From Eledone cirrhosa (taxonomy: Eukaryota): DNA of 64,000 nucleotides. The stretch is from NCBI GenBank assembly GCA_964016885.1, contig OZ024753.1, positions 5,518,001-5,582,000 of the forward strand, given 5' to 3'. Positions 10,586-22,264 of this stretch are shown one piece after another. Positions within the stretch are counted from its first letter, which is position 1. The number at the start of each line of letters is the position of its first letter. The position numbers were made by a program, and so were the translations under genes. The notes beneath the pieces were generated by a model, which was not told the origin of the DNA, did not search any database, and saw only the letters and a program-made list of their open reading frames with translations.

Positions 10586-13096
10586 ACCTGCTGATGGCGA
10601 CAGGCGAAGTCTGTGGCTGGAGCAGGCCTGTAGGCAGGAGGAGAGTAACATGGTGGTGGAACAGTAAGGTGGAGGGGTCAATTAAGGCCAAAAAGCAGGC
10701 TTGGAAAGTATGGCGGGATGGGGGAAGTAGAGAAGACTATCAAGTGGCCAGGAGGGAAGCTAGGAGACAAGTGTACTTAGCAAGAAGGGAAGCAGAGGAA
10801 AGAAAGTTCAAGCATGTTCTACAACGTGAGGACCAAAAACGTGAGGTGTTCAGGATTGCTAGGCAATGCGTCAAGGAAAACCGTGATATTGTCGGGGAGA
10901 AGTGTGTACTTAACGATGATGGCATACTTGCCATCACCGACGCTGATAAGAAGGTAGCTTGGAAGTGTCACTATGAAAGGCTACTAAATGAAGAGAATAA
11001 ATGGGAGAAAGACAGTCTCCCCCATATCGACCCAATAGAGGGACCAGCAGTGTTAGTCGAGGGGAGTATAATAAGTAAGGCAATCAAGGATATGAAGACG
11101 GGTAAGGCGGCTGGGCCTTCGGAAATAGTTGCTGAGATGCTGAAGGCATCTGGCACGGTGGGACACACCATGGTCACCCGCATAGTTAACCAAGTCGTAC
11201 AGAATGGGGTTGTTCCGAAGGACTGGCATAGCAGCATCATCGTTAACTGTTATAAGGGTAAAGGAGACGCCCTAGATAGGAGTAACTATAGAGGCATTAA
11301 ATTAATCGACCAGGTCATGAAGGTCACGGAAAAAGTAATAGCGCAACTAATCAGAGAGAGAATTGACCTAGATGAAATGCAGTTCGGGTTTGTGTCAGGC
11401 AAAAGTACCACAGACGCTCTTTTCATTGTACGACAACTACAGGAGAAGTACCTAGCTAAAGGTAAACCCCTCTACTTAGCTTTTGTCGACTTGGAGAAAG
11501 CTTTCGACAGAGTCCCCCGCTCCATTATCTGGTGGGCTCTTAGAAAACTAGGCGTTGACGAATGGCTTGTGAGAGCTATACAAGCCATGTATAAAGAAAC
11601 AGTCAGCAAGGTTAGAATTAACAACGAATATAGTGAAGAGTTTAGCGTAAAAGTTGGCGTCCATCAGGGCTCTGTTATCAGCCCCCTACTATTTATTATT
11701 GCCCTTCAGGCTATAACAGAGGAGTTCAAGACCGGCTGCCCATGGGAACTCCTATACGCAGACGACCTGACACTCATAGCTGAATCAATGGCCGAGCTAG
11801 AGAAGAAATTCCAAACATGGAAGCACGGCCTAGAATTAAAAGGACTTAAAATTAACCTGGCTAAGACTAAATTTCTAGTTTGTAGGAAAGAAAATAAGGC
11901 GGCGGTCCCTTCTGGGAAATGGTCATGCTCAGTGTGTAGGAAAGGCGTAGGTAGAAACTCCATTTTATGTCCTAAATGCAAAGTATGGGTGCATAAAAGA
12001 TGTAGTGGGATCACAGGTAAGCTAACTAAGAACATAGATTTTACATGTGGCCGGTGCTCTGGTGCAATAAGTAGCAGCAAGTGCCCACAAAATACTAGCT
12101 CTTTCAATTGCGCAGAGGGTTCTATAGAAATAGTGGACAGCTTCCGTTACCTGGGCAATAAAATCAGCAGTGGGGGAGGGTGCTCTGAAAGTACAGTAGC
12201 TAGAGTCAGAACTGGTTGGAAAAAGTTCAGAGAGCTTATACCACTATTAGCTGCTAAAGGGTTCTCCCTAAAAATGAAAGGCAGGTTGTACGATGCCTGC
12301 ATGCGAACAGCAATGTTGCATGGCAGTGAGACCTGGGCATTGTGTGCAGAGGATATACGCAGACTAGAGAGGAACGAAGCTTGCATGCTCCGCTGGATGT
12401 GTAACAGTAATATACGTGAACGGCAAAGCATAAACGAACTAAGGAAAAAATTAGAAATAAGAGGGATCAGATGTTGTTTACTCGAGAGAAGGCTACGTTG
12501 GTATGGACACGTGATGCGCATGAAAGTCGATAGCTGTATAACAAAGTGCAGGGCAATAAAGATAGACGGTAGCCACGGAATAGGCAGACCTAGAAAAACC
12601 TGGGACGAGCTGATAAACTCCGACCTCACACACTTACATCTCTCCAAGACAATGTCACTGGACCGAGACCTTTGGCGGTACTCAGTAACAGAGAACACCC
12701 GCCTTACCTAAATACATAGTAAAACCTACTACAGCCAGTAGGCATCTCTAACAAAATACACCCCGTCCCACCACCACCACCCCATCCACACCACCCGTTC
12801 TATGTAAAGTTATGTTGGTGCCGCGCCATCCAGGCCGAAACAAATGAGATCGTGTAGGTGTCACGACAAAAAAACACACAGTCCACGCTGTAATGTGGCC
12901 GTGTAGGCAACACGGTAAAAACCTCCCAGACCCACACTGTAAATGTGGTTGGTGTTAGGAAGGGCATCCAACTGTAGAAAACCTGCCAGACAGTCCTATG
13001 CGAGCAAGACAATCACTCTTGCCTCAAGTGGGACTACCCCCGTCCAAACCCATGCAAGCGTGGAACACGGACGTTAAACGTTGATGATGATGATGA
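10586..13096 (+). mobile_element. Young 5'-truncated RTE LINE with an uninterrupted RT reading frame (ORF to 12711), lacking APE
   Basis: The first ~58 aa of ORF 10414-12711 are flanking read-in; the rest carries the RT motifs, PHD-like finger and LRWYGHVMR; the 3' UTR and (GAT)n tail are nearly identical to the copy ending at 4943. Confidence 0.96.
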
Positions 13097-13435
13097 GAAC
13101 AATACCATAACATCAGTATGAGCGATCGGTTACAGCCGGTTTGAACAAAAAGAGGTGTGAAAATTCTGGTTTAAAGGGTTAATAACAAGAAATTCATATT
13201 ACCAAATCCCTCTAAATTCTTGATTTTCCAGACTAAAGCAGGGGGTTAACCTTGAAGGGCCCATGATAAGCTTCACTGTTATCATGAGGTCCTTTTTGAA
13301 GCAAAGTTTTACAACTAGACTCAAAACCGATTAAAAAAGCATAGACAGTGTTTTTTATTAGAATTATAGTAATGAAAGGATTAATTTTCTGCCCGTTTTG
13401 ATGCACTAAAATTGTACTGATTCTTATTTGTGTTA

Positions 13436-13638
13436 ACCATTTAGTCTATATTTACTATTGTATTTTCACAGTAAAGGCTTTATCTCACAAAATTATTCCC
13501 CATAACATTGAATCTAAGAGATTTTGATATTACTTATTTTGAGAACAATACCTAAACATCAGTATGAATGGCTGGTTACAGCCGGGTTGAACTGAAAGAA
13601 CTAAGAGAATTCTGGCCGGATATTGCTAAAGGGTTAAA
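13436..13638. mobile_element. piggyBac-like MITE end; uninterrupted paralog of the repeat into which the 10586 RTE inserted
   Basis: Matches 10500-10585 joined to 13096-13182; ends AAAGGG-TTAA. Confidence 0.5.
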
Positions 13639-14090
13639 ACATTCTCTGCAAAGATGCTTAAAGGGTTAAAACATTCTATCTAAAGATATTTAAATCCTCG
13701 ATTTTCCTCTATCTCCCACTTGTTCCTCTGACCACTGACATGATTCATTTTACATTCATTAAAATCAATTACAATATTTTTCTTCAATCATTATGACTTT
13801 GTTCTATCTATCTATAATATATTATCTGACTGCTATCAGAATTCATGCTTTGTTGTTGCCATTAGTGGTGACTGAAGACAGATATATTTGTAGATCTACA
13901 CAAATAGGTAGTTATGGATAGACATACAGGCAGAGAGATAGAAAGGGAGATAGGTAGGTAGGCAGATAGACAAATAGGTATGTAGATAGATAGATAGACA
14001 GACAGATAGATACATAGACAGACAGATAGATAGACAGACAGATGTACAGACGGAGATAGGTAGACATATAGACAGTCAGATAGGTAGATA

Positions 14091-16483
14091 TATTTCTTTA
14101 TTTGCCACAAGGGCGCACAAGAAATGGGACAATACAAGGACATATGGCGGGGATTTTACATACAATCGTGTAAAAAAGTAAAGTTTTAACATTTAAAAAA
14201 ATTTAAATCCCCAATAGAGGGGAGGCATTACAACTGGAGTGTTTTACACCCCATAGATAGTACAACCCTCAACTCCAGGAGCATGTTTTGCAAGTGCTCC
14301 TTTCTTCTTTTCCCTTGCTTATATACAAAGAAGGCCCAATCACTCGGGCCATTCTTGCCACATCCACCCACCTTTCAGTAAATTTACTAGGATGCAGCAC
14401 CTCTCTCTACATTCTAATTCTCTTTCTGAAGTGGTATCTAAAGAAGGGAATGAGCTATTGTCCGGAGAAAAAGGCATCTGTCTTCAGTCCTCTCAATCTC
14501 GTCCACCATATTACCTTTTTCACCATAGTCACCATACAGAGGAAAACCGCCTCTCCTTCGTTTTTAAATGAAGGTGGCAGTTTGATTCTTACTATGGACT
14601 CGACAGTTAACTATATTTGTCCCACACGCGACAGTAGTTATTCTGTGTGGTTCCACAGGTCAGTTACGCCTGGGCAGTGTTCAATTGCATGCAGGATGGT
14701 TTCAATGTCCTGCTCGCATCTTGGACACGTTCTTTTTGAAGGATCCCTGCCAGGGCGTCCGTGCCTGTAGATCTTGTTGCAAACTGGTAGAGCTCCTCGA
14801 TAGCACTGCCAGGCCAGGAACTTTTGGAAGTTGTCCATAGGTCCTGGGTGGAAAGTCCTACCGAACAGACTAGTCAGTTTGTCTTCTTCGACGCCCAGTC
14901 TCTCTCCGAGAACGTTGTCGCACTTGCTCTGTACTAACCCTCTATAGAATGTCGAAGTGGAGTCCCCACTGATCACTGTGTCTGCTTGATAGAGGACTGT
15001 GAGCGCCTGAGCACATTCGATGTACCAGGCACCCATTTTCTTCGGTCTTTGCTTGACCCAGGACTGTAGCTCCGTTAGCGACACAAGTTGCGGAAAGCAT
15101 GTCTCACAAACAGGGCCCACACCGGTTGGTCGGTGATGAATATCTGGAGATGCCATAGCCTCAGTGCGTGTTTGCACATCATCAGCCACAGCATTCTCAG
15201 CCCTCCGTTGGAAGGGTGTTGGCAGCAGACGGATCTCCTCACCAGTGGAGCTTGCCTCTTCCAAAGGAATTGGAAGAGCATGCGTTCCATTTTGGTGAGG
15301 TTTTCATGGGGACAAGGCACGATGGTCAAGCGGTAGTAGATGACGGACACTATGAAAGTGTTCGCCACCTCCGCTCGACCTATCAAGGATAGTTTGCACT
15401 CTGCCCACTTCTGGTGAGTGCAAATACCTTGGCCATGACCTCGTTCCAGTTTTTCTCGACCTGGAGGTCTGGACCGAACCAGACCATGAGCAATTTTACC
15501 AGTCCTTCTGTCCAGTGTCCAACGACGTTGTTGGATGGCATCGGTTTGCCTCTCCATGTTCTGAGTTGCAAACTGACAGACTTGTCCGGGTTTAGTTTTG
15601 CCCCTGCAGTAAGTTGCTGATCAAACCGATTTCTGAGGTTTTCGATACCATTAGCCAAGTTGTCGGCATAAGCTGACACCGCTTTATGCAGTCCTGGTTC
15701 CAAAGGGATGCTCTGCAAAAGCTCCAGCTTCTGCAGTAGTGGCTCAAGAGTCAGTACGTACAGAATGGAGGAGAGAGAGCATCCCTGTCGGATGGAACGC
15801 GTGTTTTGGAACGGCTCCGATAGGTAGCCGTTCACCTTGACTGTCGAGCAGATGTTGGTGTGCATGGCTGTGATCTAGCCTCTGAAGACGAGTCCGAAAC
15901 CGGGCGCCTTGAGAACTGCTTCCAAATATCGATGGTCGATCCTATCAAAAGCCTTAGACTGATCTAAATTGATCAGAGCCTCACCAAAGCCAGGTTTACA
16001 CCCCAACCTCTCTGATGTATCGCATGAGGTGGAGGTTGTCATGTATGGACCTGGTTGGGATTGCACATGTTTGTGCTTCTGCCACCAGGTTCTCGACGAC
16101 AAGCGCCAGCCTTGCTGCTAACATCTTGGTCAAAATCTTTAACTCTGTGTATAAGAGAGTTATGGGCCTGAAATTGCTTATTTCATCCCCTATGCTCTCA
16201 TCTTTCCTGATCAGCATTACTATGCCTCAGCCTACAGAACTGGGAATTGTCCCGTTCTGCTGCCAGTTGCAGTAGACCGATTCAAGGAGGTCAAAGAACA
16301 AGTCTGGCATGCCTACATAAAACTCATACGGTAGACCACCTAGACCGGGTGGTTTGCGTTTCCCGCAGCGGCTGTGATCGGTCTTCCGCAGAACTCCGCA
16401 TCCGTGCTCGAGTCGCGCTAGGCCGTCAAGGTATGAACCGAAGTCCATTGCCTCGTTCGGCGCACCGCTCTGCCCGAACAATT
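14091..16483 (-). mobile_element. 5'-truncated, decayed Tx1/L1-clade LINE (RT, CCHC finger, 3' UTR)
   Basis: Fragmented minus ORFs: NFRPITLL, LDQSKAFDRIDH, SIRQGCSLS, SAYAD, CPRCEQDIETILHAIEHCP; 3' end CCCTTGTGGCAAATAAAGAAATA abuts a (GATA/GACA)n tract. Confidence 0.9.
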
Positions 16484-16827
16484 TAGACGGAGGGGGGGGG
16501 GGGTCAATCTACAAAACAATATAATTTTGAACAAAAATTTTTGTTTTTTTGCACATAAAATTAACAAAAATTTAACCAGCAAAGTGGCACACGTTTTCCT
16601 ATCCAAGATAGATAGATAGCCAATTAGACAGACATTTATGCTACCATAAATAGTAAAAAACAATTTAACCGTAAAACACATTTATGCTACCATAAATAGT
16701 AAAAAAAATGTAACCGTAAAACACAAGGGTCTCTGAAATGTTCATACGGTGGTCTCATCCAAGCTCCATCTAGCCCTGGCAACAAGCAAACTTCACATCT
16801 TCAGTTGAATAGCATATGGCACCGTGG

Positions 16828-16976
16828 TCAAAGCATTGCTACGAAGAATAACCAGCTAGTGATATTCACTGCATCATTCACTTCACCCCATGGGTGCCAT
16901 CTTGATTTGGTGGCGGTAAGCGGCAGACCGGAAACAGACGACAATGGAGGTCTCAACAGCGACTGACGGGACAGGC
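16828..16976 (-). mobile_element. CRE-like C-terminal relic
   Basis: Minus translation contains VAVETS and LVILRSNA, matching the relics at 5.5 and 25.2 kb. Confidence 0.4.
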
Positions 16977-17757
16977 AGAGAGACACACACACACGAGCAA
17001 GCACACAGACACGCACGAGCTAGCACACACGAACAAAGACATAGACATACATGCAAGAGCTAGCATATACATACACACAGTAGGAGCAAACACATACACA
17101 CACACATGTAGGAGCTAGCACATACACACACATGAGGTAGAAGATATACATGCACGAGTGAGCACACACACGAGCTAGAACATACACGCACGAGCAAATA
17201 TACACACGCAGACATACGACGTATTAACATTTTTGGAACTCTTAGATCAGATCACGAAACGAAAACACTATATATATTTAGCTTTGTTATTAAATAATTT
17301 GGGTGATATGATTTAAAATTTCAACGTGTGTATATATATATGTTTTCTCTATATATATACACAGACACACAGGCGTCCCCTAAAAATGTATATATATTTT
17401 ATTAGAATTGAAGTGTGTATACATTTTTGGTGACACCCTGTATATATTTATATATTGGTCGACAGCTGGATTTAATCAAAGCGGTGTACGTAGATTTCAA
17501 CAGTAACTCAATAAAAATGAAAACAACTTAAAGAAAAGCAAAACAAAACGAGACTACGAAGGCATCCCAGCATTTAATCGGGGACAAGGATCAAATAGCT
17601 TCCCAACTTCCCCTATTAGACATGTAACGACGAATTACCCAGTTGTATCAACATTAGCCGCCATCTTATGATATTAAATAAAACCAACCAATCAAATGTA
17701 AGCTTTCTTGCAGTATTCAAAATAAAGTAGCTAAAAACAGCGAAGAATATTCGTATT

Positions 17758-17829
17758 GGGGATATAGCTCAGTGGTAGAGCATTCGACTGCAGATCGAGA
17801 GGTCCCCGGTTCGAACCCGGGTGTCCCCT
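17758..17829 (+). tRNA. tRNA-Cys-GCA: tRNA-Cys(GCA), canonical copy
   Basis: 72-nt cloverleaf GGGGATA/TGTCCCC, anticodon loop CTGCAGA, intact A and B boxes, U73 discriminator, T5 terminator just downstream. Confidence 0.97.
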
Positions 17830-17888
17830 TGTTTTTGTATTTGTTCTATTTTTTAATAATTTTCCTCACACTAATTAAAATAAATAAT

Positions 17889-17993
17889 TGTTTCTACTAT
17901 TGGCACAAGGCCAGAAAATTACCCAGTACATTACTGGTACTTTATTTTATCGACCCCGTAAGGATGAAAGGCAAAGTTAACCTCGGCGGGATT
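17889..17993 (-). mobile_element. 5'-truncated Meta-domain-like SINE with 17-bp TSD in the tRNA spacer
   Basis: Reverse strand reads GCCTTTCATCCTTACGGGGTCGATAAAATAAAGTACCAG; TAATTAAAATAAATAAT occurs at 17872-17888 and 17994-18010. Confidence 0.8.
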
Positions 17994-18036
17994 TAATTAA
18001 AATAAATAATGAAAAGAAGCCAGTAATACTAGCATT

Positions 18037-18108
18037 GGGGATATAGCTCAGTGGTAGAGCATTCGACTGCAGATCGAGAGGTCCCCGGTTCGAACCCGGG
18101 TGTCCCCT
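18037..18108 (+). tRNA. tRNA-Cys-GCA: tRNA-Cys(GCA), canonical copy
   Basis: Identical to 17758-17829. Confidence 0.97.
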
Positions 18109-18193
18109 TGTTTTTGTATTTCTTCTATTTTTTAATAATTTTCCTCACACTAATTAAAATAAGTAATGAAAAGAAGCCAGTAATACTAGAATT

Positions 18194-18265
18194 GGGGATA
18201 TAGCTCAGTGGTAGAGCATTCGACTGCAGATCGAGAGGTCCCCGGTTCGAACCCGGGTGTCCCCT
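18194..18265 (+). tRNA. tRNA-Cys-GCA: tRNA-Cys(GCA), canonical copy
   Basis: Identical to 17758-17829. Confidence 0.97.
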
Positions 18266-18347
18266 TGTTTTTGTACTTCTATTTTTTAATAATTTTCCTC
18301 ACACTAATTAAAATAAGTAATGAAAAGAAGCCAGTAATACTAGAATT

Positions 18348-18419
18348 GGGGATATAGCTCAGTGGTAGAGCATTCGACTGCAGATCGAGAGGTCCCCGGT
18401 TCGAACCCGGGTGTCCCCT
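18348..18419 (+). tRNA. tRNA-Cys-GCA: tRNA-Cys(GCA), canonical copy
   Basis: Identical to 17758-17829. Confidence 0.97.
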
Positions 18420-18505
18420 TGTTTTTGTATTTCTTCTATTTTTTAAATAATTTTCCTCACACTAATTAAAATAAGTAATGAAAAGAAGCCAGTAATACTA
18501 GCATT

Positions 18506-18577
18506 GGGGATATAGCTCAGTGGTAGAGCATTCGCCTGCAGATCGAGAGGTCCACGGTTCGAACCCGGGTGTCCGCT
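18506..18577 (+). pseudogene. tRNA-Cys(GCA) variant, probable pseudogene
   Basis: Three substitutions, each breaking a pair in the anticodon, T and acceptor stems. Confidence 0.8.
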
Positions 18578-19072
18578 CCGTTTATTTTTATTAATTTTTC
18601 TCATATTAATTAAAATAATTAGAGTAAGCTCTGATATGTTGGGGAGGGTGTGTAGTTTGCTTCCGCCCCCTTCCGTTTTCTGCCGTAGATTTACGTAGTA
18701 AAACAAAGTAAACAAAAATAACAAGGGAGATCACTCTAATTGAATTGACTACACGATAATCTTGAAGAGTTATGTCCCATAAATATTTTTTATTTTTTAG
18801 TATCTAAATTTCTCAGGTTGATATATATTAGTTACTCCGTTTCCCGAGACCCTAGACAGAGTCTGGAAGAGAGCAAACCTTGACAATGAGTAATAGGGTT
18901 TCTGATGTAGACAATAGGTCAACAATTTTCTGGGAAGGGAAAGTCGATTAAGTCGACTCCAGTGCATTACTCGTATTTAATTTTATCGACTCTGTAAGGA
19001 GAAGTTTTGTATTTTAACTCGCTTAGGGTTACATGGACTCGGAATAATCAACTTAGCATTGACAAATTAACA

Positions 19073-19128
19073 AGAGGCCACACAGGATTGAACCGAGGAT
19101 GTCTGGATCAGCAGTTGAGATATATCTT
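19073..19128 (-). pseudogene. Heavily decayed tRNA-Cys remnant
   Basis: AGAGGCCACACAGGATTGAACCGAGGATGTCTGGATCAGCAGTTGA aligns to the reverse complement of the tRNA-Cys 3' two-thirds. Confidence 0.55.
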
Positions 19129-19176
19129 CAACTACGATAGTAAATAGTTCAATATTGGGACCAGTTCAATATTGGG

Positions 19177-19207
<31 letters not shown>

Positions 19208-19364
19208 CTTCTTCTTCTTCTTGTGTGATGACGATGCCACTACATCATCAGGTGTAATAGCTCGGTTCGTCCCCCGGTTAATGTAAACAGAAACAATGAT
19301 TTCTGATTAGCCAGAAGGCCAACAATTTTTGGGGAGAAGAAAGTCGATGAAATTGACATCAGTG

Positions 19365-19402
19365 CACTCGACTGCAGATCGAGAGGAACCCAGGCGTCCC
19401 CT
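19365..19402 (+). pseudogene. tRNA-Cys 3' fragment fused to a SINE remnant
   Basis: TCGACTGCAGATCGAGAGG-AACCCAGGCGTCCCCT with internal deletion. Confidence 0.7.
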
Positions 19403-19548
19403 TGTTTTGCTTTCTTTTTTTGGGGTGGTGAGATAAAAAGAATCAGATTGTCTGTATGAGAAATATTGAACCTTATTTGGAAATTAAATAACGTTATTTC
19501 TATTAACTGAATCTGTTTTAATGTGAAAAATAAGCAGCTGTTATTGTT

Positions 19549-19620
19549 GGGGATATAGCTCAGTGGTAGAGCATTCGACTGCAGATTGAGAGGTCCCCGT
19601 TTCGAACCAGAGTGTCCCCT
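19549..19620 (+). pseudogene. tRNA-Cys(GCA) variant with disrupted T arm
   Basis: Full length; T arm reads CCCGTTTCGAACCAGAG. Confidence 0.8.
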
Positions 19621-19704
19621 TGTTTTTGAATTATTTTAGTTTTAAATAATTTTCCTCACACTAATTAAAATAAGTAATGAAAAGAAGCCAGAAATGTTAT
19701 GTTT

Positions 19705-19769
19705 GAGGATATAGCTCAGTGGTAGAGCATTCGACTGCAGATCGAGAGGTTCGAACCCGGGTGTCCACT
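19705..19769 (+). pseudogene. tRNA-Cys pseudogene with 7-nt deletion
   Basis: GAGAGG-TTCGAACCC: deletion between GGT repeats removes the 5' strand of the T stem; acceptor stem mismatches. Confidence 0.85.
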
Positions 19770-19840
19770 TGTCCTTTTGTTTTCTTATTATGTTATTTTA
19801 TTCTTTTCCACCTGACACAAATAATTTAACGCTAGTGCAT

Positions 19841-19912
19841 GAGTATATAAGTCAGTGGTGCAGCTGTCAACTGCATAAGGAGAAGTCCTAGGTTAGAACT
19901 TGGGTACACCCT
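19841..19912 (+). pseudogene. Decayed tRNA-Cys
   Basis: Colinear with the consensus; retains TCAGTGGT, CTGCA and a GGTTAGAAC T-loop remnant. Confidence 0.6.
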
Positions 19913-20035
19913 AATCTTTTGTTATATTGTTTATTTTAATTCTTTTTTTTTCTCCTGCGTTTTCCTTTGGACATTATCACAAATATAGAGAGAAATAAGC
20001 TGTAGAAGAATGAAAATCAACAATATGACAAAAAT

Positions 20036-20102
20036 TACCCGAGTTCAAACCGAGGACCTCTCCTTATGCAGGTGACAGCTGTAACACTGACCTATATATA
20101 TT
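20036..20102 (-). pseudogene. Decayed tRNA-Cys, inverted sister of 19841-19912
   Basis: Reverse strand GTCAGTGTTACAGCTGTCACCTGCATAAGGAGAGGTCCTCGGTTTGAACTCGGGTA shares diagnostic changes with the 19841 copy. Confidence 0.6.
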
Positions 20103-20171
20103 CATGCACTCGCGTTAAGTTATTTGTATCAGGTGGAAAAGAATAGAACAACACTATAAGAAAACAAAAGT

Positions 20172-20243
20172 AGGGGACACCCGGGTTTGAACCAGGGACC
20201 TCTCGATCTGCAGTCGAATGCTCTACCGCTGAGCTATATCCCC
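20172..20243 (-). tRNA. tRNA-Cys-GCA: tRNA-Cys(GCA) isodecoder, probably functional
   Basis: Three tolerated changes (D-loop C, T-stem U-G wobble, TTCAAAC loop); all stems pair; T4 downstream. Confidence 0.88.
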
Positions 20244-20637
20244 ATACGAAATATATGTTTATTTTTTATCTATTTAAACAAAATAGACGTACATTCATAG
20301 TGATTGGTCGAATTTCTTTTATGACGTATTTTCACTTTGAAAGAATCTGAAAACGAGTTTAAAAACAAAACAAAAACTAACACGAATGAACAAATGAGTA
20401 AAAAAACAAAACAAAAAACAACAAAAATACATGAACAAAAACAAACAACAAAACAAGAACAACCCAAAACAAACAAACTATTTATGTTATACATTTTTTT
20501 TCGTACAACTAACTTATTTACATTATTTTTTAAAATAAAGTACCAGTAATGTATTGCGTAATTGGTGGTCTTGTGCCAAAAGTAGAAACAATTATTCTTA
20601 ACTTGAATCATTCGGTTTCCGAATGATTCAAGTTAAG

Positions 20638-20683
<46 letters not shown>

Positions 20684-20687
<4 letters not shown>

Positions 20688-21069
20688 CTTAACTTTGATA
20701 ACTTTGATAGGTTTCGGCCAGTATTGGCCCAGGCCATGTCTAACTTAATAGCACCACCTGGCGAAGTCTTACCAATCAGTGTTTGGGCACCATGGCCCAC
20801 TCGAGCAGAGAGTTATTGTTTACGGAGGCATATCCGGGTGTAGGAGGCTTATCCGGGATTTCTTGAAGGAATTTATCCAAAGACTTCTTGAACTTGATGT
20901 GGTCTGTCTCTGCTTTGAAGTGTTTTGGTGTAATGGTAAAGAGTGCAGGGCCAATTGAGGTGAAATAATTGTGCCGTATTGTTGTTATGTGATGCGAGTG
21001 GGATTTTTGTCCTGGGCGGATAGCACGGGGCCCAAGCCTTGGGTGTACACTAAAGATGATGCCAACATC

Positions 21070-21073
<4 letters not shown>
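20684..21073 (-). mobile_element. CR1-like LINE 3' end in (TA)n
   Basis: Diverged paralog of 21106-21500 ([11 protein letters not shown]...[17 protein letters not shown]); ATCAAAGTT-repeated tail. Confidence 0.85.
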
Positions 21074-21105
<32 letters not shown>

Positions 21106-21107
<2 letters not shown>

Positions 21108-22044
21108 CTTTACTTTTAATAATTTTGAAATGTTTTGGCCAGTATTGGCCCAGGCCATGTCTAACTTAATAGCACCACCTGGCGAAGTCTTTCAATTCAG
21201 GATTTGGGCACCATGGCCCATTATTCGAGAAGAGAATTACTGTTGGCGGAGACATATCCGGGTTTGGGTGGTTCGTCCGGGATTACTTGGAGGAATTTGT
21301 CCAAAGACTTCTTGAATTTTGTGTGGTCAGTTTCTGTTTTGACGTGTCCTGGTGTGATGTTGAAGAGAGCAGGGCCGATTGAGGTGAAATAATTGTGCCG
21401 TATTGTTGTTATGAGTTGCGATTTAGATTTTTGAATGGGACGGATAGCACGGGGCCCAAGCCTTGGGTGTATCTTGAAGGCGATGCCAACATCATTTGGG
21501 CAGTGATGATGGAACATTTTCCACATCATGCAGATAATATAACGCTCACGGCGACGTTGGAGTGAGTAAAGTTTCAGCTTTTCTAGTCGACCCCAGTAGT
21601 CAAAGTCTGACATGCCATCTATCTTTTTCGTGATTGCCCTTTTGGGAGCTTCAAGTTTCATGATACCTTGTTTCGTGTGGGGAGACCACAGTGGACAACA
21701 GTATTCAAGGTGTGGTCGGGCAAAAGTGGAGAAGAGAAGGATAATAGTGTGGGAATCTCTCGACTGGAAGGTTCTGAGGATCCAGGAACACATTCTGCGG
21801 GCCATGTCAACTTTGCTGCTTATATGCGTGGCCCAGTTTATGTTGCTGTCCATGGTTACTCCCAAGTCTCTGATGTTGTGAGATGCCACGAGAGTTTCAC
21901 CGGAGGGAAGGGAGTACGGGAGTTTCAGAGCATCCTCTTTTCCAAAGTGGATCAGTTTGAATTTGTCTTCGTTCAGTAACATGTTGTTCTTTTTCGCCCA
22001 TTGGGTAACAACCAGTAGGTCTGACTGAAGGCTTATCCGGTCAT

Positions 22045-22046
<2 letters not shown>
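21106..22046 (-). mobile_element. 5'-truncated CR1-like LINE (RT C-terminal part, open frame) in (TA)n
   Basis: LQSDL...W...[36 protein letters not shown] in ORF 21221-22312; the N-terminal part of that ORF is microsatellite read-in. Confidence 0.9.
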
Positions 22047-22131
<85 letters not shown>

Positions 22132-22230
22132 TATATATACATATATATATATATACATATATATATACATATATATATACACACATATATATATACACAT
22201 ATATATATATAGACATATATATATATATAC

Positions 22231-22263
<33 letters not shown>

Positions 22264-22264
22264 C

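Noticed and set aside
10414-12711. 765-aa ORF as a host gene or autonomous LINE
   Set aside because: Its N-terminus is read-in from a flanking repeat; the rest is 5'-truncated RTE ORF2 without endonuclease.
17657-17695. YY1-like GCCGCCATCTT and CCAAT motifs upstream of the first tRNA
   Set aside because: Short motifs expected by chance; no Pol II gene evident.
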